In this document: piece by piece, positions 8,310 to 14,987 of the stretch
Layout: every line of letters begins with the position of its first letter
How positions within the stretch are numbered: the stretch's first letter is position 1
Virus record (IMG/VR): IMGVR_UViG_3300046779_000562
Span: 1-28,374 of that record
Reading direction: 5' to 3' (one strand)
Origin: a virus
Lineage: Duplodnaviria; Caudoviricetes
DNA: 28,374 nucleotides
The notes under the pieces: model-generated
What the model was told of the DNA's origin: nothing
Databases searched by the model: none
Seen by the model: the letters and a program-made list of their open reading frames with translations, nothing else
Made by a program: the position numbers and the translations under genes

Positions 8310-8495
8310 TTACTCAGACTTTGACTTTCTGTCTACAACTGTTTTTGTTGCTGGAACTGGTTGCTCTTGACCAACAAGTGCAATAGTTTTATTTAACTTT
8401 AACTGTGTTTGTAATACAGTAAATTCTAGATCAGATGCACGTTGCTTATAAAATGTAACTAACTGGATTAGTTCGTCTCTACCCAAATCTTCCAC
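8310..8495 (-). CDS. Hypothetical short coiled-coil protein
   Basis: Heptad-like pattern; fills the gap in the operon. Confidence 0.65.
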   Translation of the reverse strand: MEDLGRDELIQLVTFYKQRASDLEFTVLQTQLKLNKTIALVGQEQPVPATKTVVDRKSKSE

Positions 8496-8499
8496 CGCT

Positions 8500-8868
8500 T
8501 TACCCCTTTCTGAAACTAAATGCGCTACCTATCCACGCTTTTTCTGTTTTATTCTTTTCTCTTTCAACAATTGAACGGCTCCAGGTAAAACCTGCATCGC
8601 CACCCCAAGCATCCCACATAATACGACCATTAGATGGATTGCTTGTGTTATAAAAATCTTTACCTTTTTTATCTACTTCATGACGAGAAAAGAAAGAATA
8701 CATGCGCTTAACAGTATCAAGAGACATTGCAGATCCATTAACAATGTCTGTTGCTCTTCCCCAACCTACAGGAGTTCCTGCGCCAGTTGCTTTACCTTCT
8801 TCTTTCCATTTAAGTGCACGACGAGCAGCGGCTTTCATGCCAGATGTAGGTGTATATGTATCAGCCAT
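8500..8868 (-). CDS. Probable head-associated protein (RMxSFFSRH/WGGDAG domain)
   Basis: 'GTPVGWGRA', 'TVKRMYSFFSRHE', 'IMWDAWGGDAG': a module I recognise from phage portal/prohead-protease/head-morphogenesis proteins; function unknown. Confidence 0.6.
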   Translation of the reverse strand: MADTYTPTSGMKAAARRALKWKEEGKATGAGTPVGWGRATDIVNGSAMSLDTVKRMYSFFSRHEVDKKGKDFYNTSNPSNGRIMWDAWGGDAGFTWSRSIVEREKNKTEKAWIGSAFSFRKG

Positions 8869-9593
8869 TATTTTGACAATCCTCTTGGATCTAGTAAACT
8901 ACCATCCCAAATAGTACCCTTTGAAACAGAGTCAGCCTTATATGTACCACCACGACGCTTATATTCCTGAACTACCCACGCATTTGCAACTGCAGATGGA
9001 TAAACATCAAATTTATCTTTTGCAGCCTGAACAACTCTTGCATATAGTTGTGGGTTTGCTGGATCACTTCCACCTCTACGTGGTTTAATCATTTCACCAT
9101 AGTTAGGTTTCTTTGCTTTACCAATAGATGCATCATACATTGCCATGCCCATTTCTGAATCCATCTCTGGTTCAGTTTGAAGTGGATCAATCTTTACATA
9201 AAGTGACATTGCACATGCAGTATAAAGTCTTGTTGCTTCCCAATATCCATCTTCTTCTTGTTCAAAAAGTTGAATCATAACTGCTGGATTTTCTGGAGTT
9301 GCTTCCATATAATATTCAGTTTCTGGATTTCCTAAAGCACCTTCTGTCATTACATGAACAACTTGGCCAATGTGAAAGTCTCCTTCACCACCATGCTGTG
9401 TCATTGCATAATCACCTTCAGAAAGCATTGTTGCAGCCTTACCAATATTTCCTTCACTTTGATTAATTGCGTAAATTTGTGCTGCGGCCTCTGCTCTTGT
9501 CTTATGGCATCCCATGACTTCGTTAGTGCCTTCTTTTACAGCAGGGTATCCAGAACATCCATAAGAGCCTTTTGCTCCAACATGATATGGCAT
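8868..9593 (-). CDS. Multi-module probable head-associated protein with a C-terminal DUF5872-like domain
   Basis: N-terminal 'GCHKTRAEAAAQIYAI' module; acidic central module ('ATPENPAVMI'); C-terminal 'LYARV...KFDVYPSAVANAWVVQEYKRRGGTY'. Confidence 0.6.
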   Translation of the reverse strand: MPYHVGAKGSYGCSGYPAVKEGTNEVMGCHKTRAEAAAQIYAINQSEGNIGKAATMLSEGDYAMTQHGGEGDFHIGQVVHVMTEGALGNPETEYYMEATPENPAVMIQLFEQEEDGYWEATRLYTACAMSLYVKIDPLQTEPEMDSEMGMAMYDASIGKAKKPNYGEMIKPRRGGSDPANPQLYARVVQAAKDKFDVYPSAVANAWVVQEYKRRGGTYKADSVSKGTIWDGSLLDPRGLSK

Positions 9594-9619
9594 AGTAAAC
9601 CTCCTAAGTTTATATACTG

Positions 9620-9628
9620 ATTATATCA
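9620..9628 (-). promoter_or_regulatory. Extended -10 promoter TGaTATAAT
   Basis: Overlaps the upstream TGA stop; followed by SD AGGAGG and ATG 9593. Confidence 0.75.
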
Positions 9629-9964
9629 GACTTTGCGCTGTAGCAGGCGTACGATCTCAAATAGAGACCATCTTTCCTGCTTAGAAAGGGTTTTAACCTC
9701 TTCTTTATCTAAAGCCTTTAATGTCAGTGTAATGATTGGATCAGCCGTAAACAGGTCTAGATTAATAAACCCCTTTTCCCATAGGTTCATAACCTGAGAG
9801 TTTACGTTATGCATATGCTCTTGATATAATTCTGGCATTATCTCTTTGATCTTTGGAGTAAAAGAATATAGAAGTTCTCCAGTATCGTTATCCATTGCAG
9901 CAACCTCAAGGCCACCATCAAGGATAAGTTTATTAATCATTTCACTATCTGTATAGTCTTTCAC
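9626..9964 (-). CDS. Hypothetical protein
   Basis: Overlaps the thioredoxin stop; ordinary composition. Confidence 0.75.
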   Translation of the reverse strand: MKDYTDSEMINKLILDGGLEVAAMDNDTGELLYSFTPKIKEIMPELYQEHMHNVNSQVMNLWEKGFINLDLFTADPIITLTLKALDKEEVKTLSKQERWSLFEIVRLLQRKV

Positions 9965-10212
9965 TTGATAAAGTTTTCCAAATCATTCCTAGTTTTTGCC
10001 CCAGTAAATCGGTTGATTTCCTGTCCATCTTCAATAAGAACAAAGGTCGGAATTGATCTAATCTCAAACCTTCTAGCAAGTTCACCTTCAGAGTCAACAT
10101 CAATTATTTGAAACTTAACTTCTGATTGATCTCTATTCAACTCTTCAACAATTGGTCTTACCTGTTTGCAAGGTCCACACCAATCTGCTGTAAAGTAATA
10201 AACTTGTTTCAC
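9961..10212 (-). CDS. trxA: Thioredoxin
   Basis: WCGPC active site, 'IDVD', and the cis-Pro motif 'IRSIPTF'. Confidence 0.93.
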   Translation of the reverse strand: MKQVYYFTADWCGPCKQVRPIVEELNRDQSEVKFQIIDVDSEGELARRFEIRSIPTFVLIEDGQEINRFTGAKTRNDLENFIK

Positions 10213-10616
10213 TTACCAGACTTCTCTCTAGCCTTCTTTAGTGCTTCAAAGTCTTTTACCTTGGTATCACCCATATATCCCCAAGCATACCCATCATTAA
10301 TCATCTTATCATTAAGAGATTCGGTATCACCATTAACATATACCCAGCCCAAAATGCGACCATATTTCTCAGATGAGTCCATCTTCTCAGTCTTAATAAC
10401 AACAGACTTGGCATCTTTAAGGTACTTCTTTAAATATTCTTTAGACTCAAGCCCAAGAACTTTTTCAGCCTTATCAGATGTACGAGATTCTGGGGTATCA
10501 ATGCCAGCAAGCCTTACACGAGATTGAAATAAAATATCAAAACCTAAATCAATAAGAACGTCAATGGTATCTCCATCAACAACATTCTCTACTTTACGAA
10601 CATAATACTCATACAT
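10209..10616 (-). CDS. Thermonuclease (SNase-like)
   Basis: 'VVDGDTID', 'RVRLAGIDTPE', 'KYGRILG'. Confidence 0.93.
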   Translation of the reverse strand: MYEYYVRKVENVVDGDTIDVLIDLGFDILFQSRVRLAGIDTPESRTSDKAEKVLGLESKEYLKKYLKDAKSVVIKTEKMDSSEKYGRILGWVYVNGDTESLNDKMINDGYAWGYMGDTKVKDFEALKKAREKSGK

Positions 10617-10870
10617 TAGTAGTCTTTACCTTTCGCTTTATTTTCAACTAACTTTTCACGCTCATCAATGACTGTAAGCATAAATGCCATCATTTTAGCG
10701 TACCCTTCTGGATTATCCATAATCTTATTATAGTGGTGACCACAGAACATTAGGTCTCCATTTAATCCAGTTACCTTTACAAGAGCCTCTGCTGCACATG
10801 AATCACAGCGGTCAGTTGCCTTAAGAATCCATTCCTTTTGTACAACTTCTTCAGTAATCATTGTATTCAT
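10616..10870 (-). CDS. Small Zn-binding protein of actinobacterial type (DUF7455-like)
   Basis: 'DRCDSC...LMFCGHH'. The true start may be ATG 10861, since a TATACT box at 10871-10876 abuts the first ATG. Confidence 0.7.
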   Translation of the reverse strand: MNTMITEEVVQKEWILKATDRCDSCAAEALVKVTGLNGDLMFCGHHYNKIMDNPEGYAKMMAFMLTVIDEREKLVENKAKGKDY

Positions 10871-10879
10871 AGTATACCG

Positions 10880-11065
10880 CTACTTTCTATTGTCAGTTTT
10901 ATAAAATCCCGAACCATTAAAGATTGTTTCTACTACTGAGTATACACGTTCCAGTGGTAGAGTGCAAGTTTCACACTCATACCCTGGATCGTCTTCTTTT
11001 ATAGACCTTTGTTTTATGATAATACCTTCACAGTTTCCTGTGCATTTATACTCATAAACAGGCAT
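10880..11065 (-). CDS. FmdB-family zinc-ribbon protein
   Basis: 'MPVYEYKC..NC', 'CETC...LERV', 'FNGSGFYKTD'. Confidence 0.88.
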   Translation of the reverse strand: MPVYEYKCTGNCEGIIIKQRSIKEDDPGYECETCTLPLERVYSVVETIFNGSGFYKTDNRK

Positions 11066-11084
11066 TACTTACCTTTGAGTGCCT

Positions 11085-11747
11085 TTAGCGTTGCTTGAGA
11101 AGTGTTTGTACAGTCTTAACTGCAGTGCCCTTTGAACCAACCTTCAATGGTGAAAAAGCCTTCTTTGCAGCAGGTGCTGCTGGCTTTGCCGCTGCTACTG
11201 GTGCAGCATCACGCTTTGAAAGTAGTGGTGCATTTTCTTCTCCAGCATAAACTGGACGGCCCCAACCAACAACAGCATTCATTAACTTCTTCTTATTATC
11301 TTTTACATAACCACGAGTTTTTTCTACACACATTCCGCCATTGCGCTGGTCTCCCTTTGCAGTTCCTGATGTATTTCCTTCAATAACTTGGATAGTTCCA
11401 TCACCATTGTTCTTAATGCAAAGACCTACGTGTGAAATACGATTTACACCATCTTCTGGGAAATCAAAATAAATCCAGTCTCCTGGAGTTGGATCGTCAT
11501 TACGAGCATCTGCCCAACGACCTTCTTTCTTAAACTGATCTGATGCTGCTACTGTTGATGCAGACTTTGGAAACTTTGCTACACCTGCTGTATATGCACA
11601 CCAAGAAACGAATGATTGGCACCATGGTTGGAAGTTTACCTTCATCCATGCGCCGTACTTTGTTTCGTTATCTTTTGGACCTTCGATAGTTCCTAATTCT
11701 TTCTTTGCAACCTCAATGATTGCTTCTACTGAGCCTTTTGCTGCCAC
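11085..11747 (-). CDS. Endolysin: CHAP amidase domain plus truncated peptidoglycan-binding domain
   Basis: 'PWCQSFVSW' (Cys), 'SHVGL' (His), 'IEGNT'; Ala/Pro/Lys linker; 'LKVGSKGTAVKTVQTLL' is the start of a PG_binding_1 domain. GTG start with SD AGGAGG. Confidence 0.9.
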   Translation of the reverse strand: MAAKGSVEAIIEVAKKELGTIEGPKDNETKYGAWMKVNFQPWCQSFVSWCAYTAGVAKFPKSASTVAASDQFKKEGRWADARNDDPTPGDWIYFDFPEDGVNRISHVGLCIKNNGDGTIQVIEGNTSGTAKGDQRNGGMCVEKTRGYVKDNKKKLMNAVVGWGRPVYAGEENAPLLSKRDAAPVAAAKPAAPAAKKAFSPLKVGSKGTAVKTVQTLLKQR

Positions 11748-11777
11748 TTGTTCCTCCTATTGATTGGCTAGATATTA

Positions 11778-11786
11778 ATTATAGCA
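11778..11786 (-). promoter_or_regulatory. Extended -10 promoter TGcTATAAT (endolysin)
   Basis: Perfect TGnTATAAT 30 nt upstream of the GTG start. Confidence 0.75.
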
Positions 11787-12062
11787 TCATGCGCTTTTCT
11801 TTGTCAAACGGTCATGAGTTCTTACTCTATGGCAGTTTGCACAAACTACTTCACATTTTTCTATTTCTTTTTGTATTGCTTTCCAAGAAAAGCCATCGTG
11901 AATCATTCTAGAAACATTATATTTTTTATCTCTTAAATGATCAAAGTCTAACATTATATGGTTAGTGATTCCGCAGTCTGCACATCCACTAGCCTCTTTG
12001 ATATCCGCTAGTTTCTTTTTCAGAATCTGCTTCTGCCTATGCGCTAACTCTTTGTCAGTCAT
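11787..12062 (-). CDS. Small HNH endonuclease
   Basis: 'CADCG', 'LDFDHL', 'KCEVVCANCHRVRT': Zn-finger HNH. Confidence 0.88.
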   Translation of the reverse strand: MTDKELAHRQKQILKKKLADIKEASGCADCGITNHIMLDFDHLRDKKYNVSRMIHDGFSWKAIQKEIEKCEVVCANCHRVRTHDRLTKKSA

Positions 12063-12070
12063 TGTTAATC

Positions 12071-12079
12071 ATTATATCA
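12071..12079 (-). promoter_or_regulatory. Extended -10 promoter TGaTATAAT (near-leaderless HNH mRNA)
   Basis: Only 8 nt between TATAAT and the ATG; no SD. Confidence 0.7.
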
Positions 12080-12089
12080 GGGTTATAAA

Positions 12090-12174
12090 GCCCTACACAG
12101 GCAATCCAGGCACTTAAGCCACGGTCTCATATAGTTGGGTAACTAAACCATCTCTAAGGTCCTGTGTAGGGACT
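12090..12174 (-). ncRNA. Putative structured small RNA (unassigned family)
   Basis: Perfect 11-bp closing stem CCCTACACAGG/CCTGTGTAGGG (12091-12101/12161-12171), inner helices AUGGUUU/AGACCGU and UAGUU-ACCC-AACUA; TATAAT at 12181-12186 predicts +1 near 12174. Confidence 0.6.
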
Positions 12175-12186
12175 ACCTATATTATA

Positions 12187-12603
12187 TTACTTGATTTCAA
12201 TAGTTTTAGGCTTCTTATCTTCTGGAACAATACGCTCTACGTTAATGTGTAGCATACCGTCCTTCATATCAGCGCCTGTTACTTCCATATATTCACCAAG
12301 AGCAAATGATCGTGTGAACTTACGACCAGCAATACCCTTATGAACTACTTCAGCATCTGTTACTTCTACAATCTCACCCTTAATAAGCAGGGTTCCATTG
12401 TCTACTGAAACGTCAATATCTTCTTTAGTAAACCCTGCGATTGCTAGAGAGATTCTATATGTATCTTCATCTAGTTTTAAGATATCGTAAGGTGGATATG
12501 ACTGTGAGTTTGTTTTATATGCACTATTTAGGCGATTCAACTCTCTGTTGAAGCCAATAAAAAAAGGATCATTGAATAGATCCATAGCAAGTTTTGTTAC
12601 CAT
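12187..12603 (-). CDS. hsp20: Small heat-shock protein (Hsp20/IbpA-like)
   Basis: 'SYPPYDI', 'LAIAGF', 'HKGIAGRKFTRSFAL', 'ADMKDGMLHI', C-terminal 'KTIEI' (IxI motif). Confidence 0.95.
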   Translation of the reverse strand: MVTKLAMDLFNDPFFIGFNRELNRLNSAYKTNSQSYPPYDILKLDEDTYRISLAIAGFTKEDIDVSVDNGTLLIKGEIVEVTDAEVVHKGIAGRKFTRSFALGEYMEVTGADMKDGMLHINVERIVPEDKKPKTIEIK

Positions 12604-12652
12604 ATTATTCCCCTTTCAAGCGAATAAGTTAATGTACCCCCGAAGGCGATAC
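12604..12652 (-). promoter_or_regulatory. ROSE-like RNA thermometer (hsp20 5' UTR)
   Basis: Two hairpins: GUAUC(G)CC-UUCG-GGGGUAC and UUAUUC(G)CUU-GAAA-GGGGAAUAA. The second contains UCGCU pairing with the SD, with a bulged G. Confidence 0.7.
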
Positions 12653-12658
12653 AAATCT

Positions 12659-12667
12659 ATTATATCA
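12659..12667 (-). promoter_or_regulatory. Extended -10 promoter TGaTATAAT (hsp20)
   Basis: Predicted +1 is G12652, the first base of UTR hairpin 1. Confidence 0.78.
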
Positions 12668-12676
12668 AACTTTTTG

Positions 12677-12747
12677 AGCGACTAGCGAGAATCGAACTCG
12701 CACATTAACCTTGGCAAGGTTACGCACTACCACTATGCAATAGTCGC
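12677..12747 (-). tRNA. tRNA-Gly(GCC)
   Basis: Acceptor GCGACTA/TAGTCGC; anticodon arm TAACC-TTGCCAA-GGTTA; T-arm GCGAG-TTCGATT-CTCGC; U discriminator; CCA not encoded. Confidence 0.95.
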
Positions 12748-12748
12748 T

Positions 12749-12824
12749 TGGCTGGTCTGGCAGGTCTCGATCCTGCGACTTGCGAATTAACAGTTCGCCA
12801 CTCTACCAACTGAGTTACAGACCA
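12749..12824 (-). tRNA. tRNA-Asn(GTT)
   Basis: Acceptor TGGTCTG/CAGACCA, G73, encoded CCA; anticodon arm GCGAA-CTGTTAA-TTCGC; atypical T-loop ATCGAGA. Confidence 0.92.
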
Positions 12825-12831
12825 AAACTTA

Positions 12832-13704
12832 TTAGCCTAAGATATCTACAAAGGCTGTTGTCTTAACCTTTTCATTCTCTGCAGGCTTTGACTTAGCCTT
12901 TAGAGCATCAAAGGTTCCTTGATAAGAACCAGTATAGTTCTTAGCCCAGTAAGATGCTAGGGCTGCTGTTGAAGCAGATGTTCCTAAAACATTTTTATTA
13001 TTGACTGTATAGTTTCCAAGGGCAAAGAAGTCAACTTCCAAACCACTATTTCCATACAGTGCAATACGATTAGACTTATCTGTAGCCCCTACTGCAATTG
13101 CTTCTGCTATACATGCTGGGTAATCTACACGAGAGTAGTCATAGTTATTACCAGTAGCAAAAAGTGTAGCAACATTAATACCCTGCAATTTTACAATACT
13201 TGATCGCAAAACAGGATTTACTGGACAGTAGTTTGCTGTTGCAGGAAACTTGTGATGCCCCATAGATGCTGATGTAGCAACAATATTAAATTTATCCTTG
13301 TTATTTGCTACCCAATTTAGAGCATCAATAACTGCAAATTGTGAGTATGTTGATTGCTTACCAGTCTTTACAACCATTGGAACAATTCGGATAAACACAA
13401 TGTTGATGTTTGAATTTACCTGTGTTGCAACAGATGCCATGATAGTCCCATGATCCCAGCCATTAGCATATACTTGTGAAACAGGAAGTGTTGCTGACCC
13501 TGGACCTTCTTGAAATACCTGACCATTTGGACAGCGCTTTTCTTCCATTATGCATACTTCATGAATAATTTTACCCTGAAGTTGAGGTGCTGATGAGTCA
13601 ATTGCTGTATCAATAATTGCAATTGATGGCTTTACTTCTGCCTGTGCAGTTTGCAATGATGCAAACCCTAATACTAAAACAATCCCCACTGCTATTTTTT
13701 TCAT
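12832..13704 (-). CDS. Secreted subtilisin-like serine protease (S8)
   Basis: Signal peptide (AQA-E); catalytic motifs 'IIDTAID', 'DHGT', oxyanion 'ATGN', 'GTSAS'. Confidence 0.9.
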   Translation of the reverse strand: MKKIAVGIVLVLGFASLQTAQAEVKPSIAIIDTAIDSSAPQLQGKIIHEVCIMEEKRCPNGQVFQEGPGSATLPVSQVYANGWDHGTIMASVATQVNSNINIVFIRIVPMVVKTGKQSTYSQFAVIDALNWVANNKDKFNIVATSASMGHHKFPATANYCPVNPVLRSSIVKLQGINVATLFATGNNYDYSRVDYPACIAEAIAVGATDKSNRIALYGNSGLEVDFFALGNYTVNNKNVLGTSASTAALASYWAKNYTGSYQGTFDALKAKSKPAENEKVKTTAFVDILG

Positions 13705-13705
13705 T

Positions 13706-13888
13706 TTATTCCTTTATCTTAAGTACTACTTGGCATGGGTCGCCTCCTGCTTCCCACTCTTCTTGTTCTTCTTCTGTCATAAAGGGATCACCTTCATGTG
13801 TATTGCAGAACGGTTCTGTTATCCATCCCCGTTCAATTCCATTGTTTAACCAAATTTCAAACTCTAAACTATCTTCGTCATTGATCAT
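13706..13888 (-). CDS. Hypothetical acidic protein (leaderless)
   Basis: 'CNTHEG...GGDPC' possible metal site; ATG lies exactly at the predicted +1. Confidence 0.75.
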   Translation of the reverse strand: MINDEDSLEFEIWLNNGIERGWITEPFCNTHEGDPFMTEEEQEEWEAGGDPCQVVLKIKE

Positions 13889-13894
13889 ATTACA

Positions 13895-13923
13895 AGTATA
13901 CCTCTAAGCGCTAACTACGTCAA
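13895..13923 (-). promoter_or_regulatory. Sigma70/SigA-type promoter TTGACG-N17-TATACT, leaderless
   Basis: -35 at 13918-13923, -10 at 13895-13900, 6 nt to ATG 13888. Confidence 0.8.
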
Positions 13924-14428
13924 CTGGACCCATGCATGATGGGCTAAATTTAATTGCTGCAGATACTGCTGATAATACACGATTTCTTGCATTCTTTTGT
14001 TTATCTGTTGCATATAGAACTCCGTAAGCATATTCTGCTCCAGAACCCATTGCTAAATATGGCAGTGTGTATTTGGATAAAGACATATCTGCAGAACTAT
14101 GCTCATATATTTCACCACGAACTGCAATGATCAAACCAAGATCACCATCTTTAGATGTATCAACCCAGAAATCATTATAAAACTCTCTAAGTTCTTTAAT
14201 AAATTTGGTTTGCATAAATTTGTCTGTGTCTTTAATGTTTGGAGCGGTAGGATGAAAGTTATATCTAATACGTTCGCCATCCATAGCACCAGCATAACCA
14301 ATTAAATATGGGCCTATCTTCCATACCTTTGGTGCATCAAGTGCTAGAATAGTACCATCGTCTGATGCCCCACGGTCACCAGCCATATATACTTTATCTT
14401 CATGCTTAAGAACGGCAATACAAGTCAT
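13904..14428 (-). CDS. HslV/proteasome-beta-like Ntn-hydrolase (threonine protease)
   Basis: True start MTCIA exposes an N-terminal Thr; 'MAGDR', 'KV', 'IGYAG', 'AMGSGAEYAYG'. Confidence 0.85.
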   Translation of the reverse strand: MTCIAVLKHEDKVYMAGDRGASDDGTILALDAPKVWKIGPYLIGYAGAMDGERIRYNFHPTAPNIKDTDKFMQTKFIKELREFYNDFWVDTSKDGDLGLIIAVRGEIYEHSSADMSLSKYTLPYLAMGSGAEYAYGVLYATDKQKNARNRVLSAVSAAIKFSPSCMGPVDVVSA

Positions 14429-14454
14429 GCCAAAACCCCCCAATGTATATATAT

Positions 14455-14484
14455 AGTATACACTAGGGGGCTTTGTGGTGTCAA
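14455..14484 (-). promoter_or_regulatory. Promoter TTGACA-N18-TATACT for the HslV-like gene
   Basis: -35 at 14479-14484, -10 at 14455-14460; supports the start at 14428 rather than 14488. Confidence 0.72.
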
Positions 14485-14494
14485 ACACCCTTGA

Positions 14495-14806
14495 TTATGA
14501 CTGCTTATCTACTTTAGCAAATGCTTGATTAATCTCATCTGCGCTTAGTTTGCCATCATCTAGGAATGATCTTGCTAGTCTTTCAACTACGGTTGCTACT
14601 CCTAGCAATCCCGCCATTGTTACTGCTGTAACTGTAGAAATACCAACCACTGCTCCCGCACCAATGACTGAGAGTCCTGATGCAGCAAATACTGCAATAA
14701 TTCTTAGAAAAATATTCCAAAGGTTTGTTACTGCTGTTGAGCCAAGAACTTCTTCTCCTGTGGTAGGATCAACTACTGTTAGGTCTACATCTTTCTTTCT
14801 TGCCAT
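14495..14806 (-). CDS. Small membrane protein (holin-like)
   Basis: Two hydrophobic segments and a C-terminal 'DDGKLSADEIN' (EF-hand-like loop); SD AGGAGG. Confidence 0.6.
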   Translation of the reverse strand: MARKKDVDLTVVDPTTGEEVLGSTAVTNLWNIFLRIIAVFAASGLSVIGAGAVVGISTVTAVTMAGLLGVATVVERLARSFLDDGKLSADEINQAFAKVDKQS

Positions 14807-14807
14807 T

Positions 14808-14987
14808 TTATTCCTCCTTATTTCTAAATGGACTAGTTATAATCCAAAGTGCCGTAGTTGCTACAATTCCATAGCCAACTATAGTCTTAGCACTACCGTC
14901 CAAAACAACCCAGGCGATAAACATTCCAAGAAGAGTCCATGCCTGATCTATTAGGTCTTTGATTATATTTTTTAGTATTCTTACCAT
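14808..14987 (-). CDS. Small two-TM membrane protein (59 aa; not in the ORF track)
   Basis: Hand translation MVRILKNIIKDLIDQAWTLLGMFIAWVVLDGSAKTIVGYGIVATTALWIITSPFRNKEE; overlaps the stop of the 815-aa gene; GGAGGA SD upstream. Confidence 0.8.
   Translation of the reverse strand: MVRILKNIIKDLIDQAWTLLGMFIAWVVLDGSAKTIVGYGIVATTALWIITSPFRNKEE

Noticed and set aside
12091-12171. Inverted repeat as a MITE/IS end pair or a simple hsp20 terminator
   Set aside because: No target-site duplication or transposase; the 59-nt structured interior and weak U-tract do not fit a simple terminator. Kept as an ncRNA candidate instead.
14429-14488. 20-aa N-terminal extension of the HslV-like ORF (possible propeptide)
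   Set aside because: The region contains the gene's own -35/-10 promoter, and starting at MTCIA gives the required N-terminal Thr.
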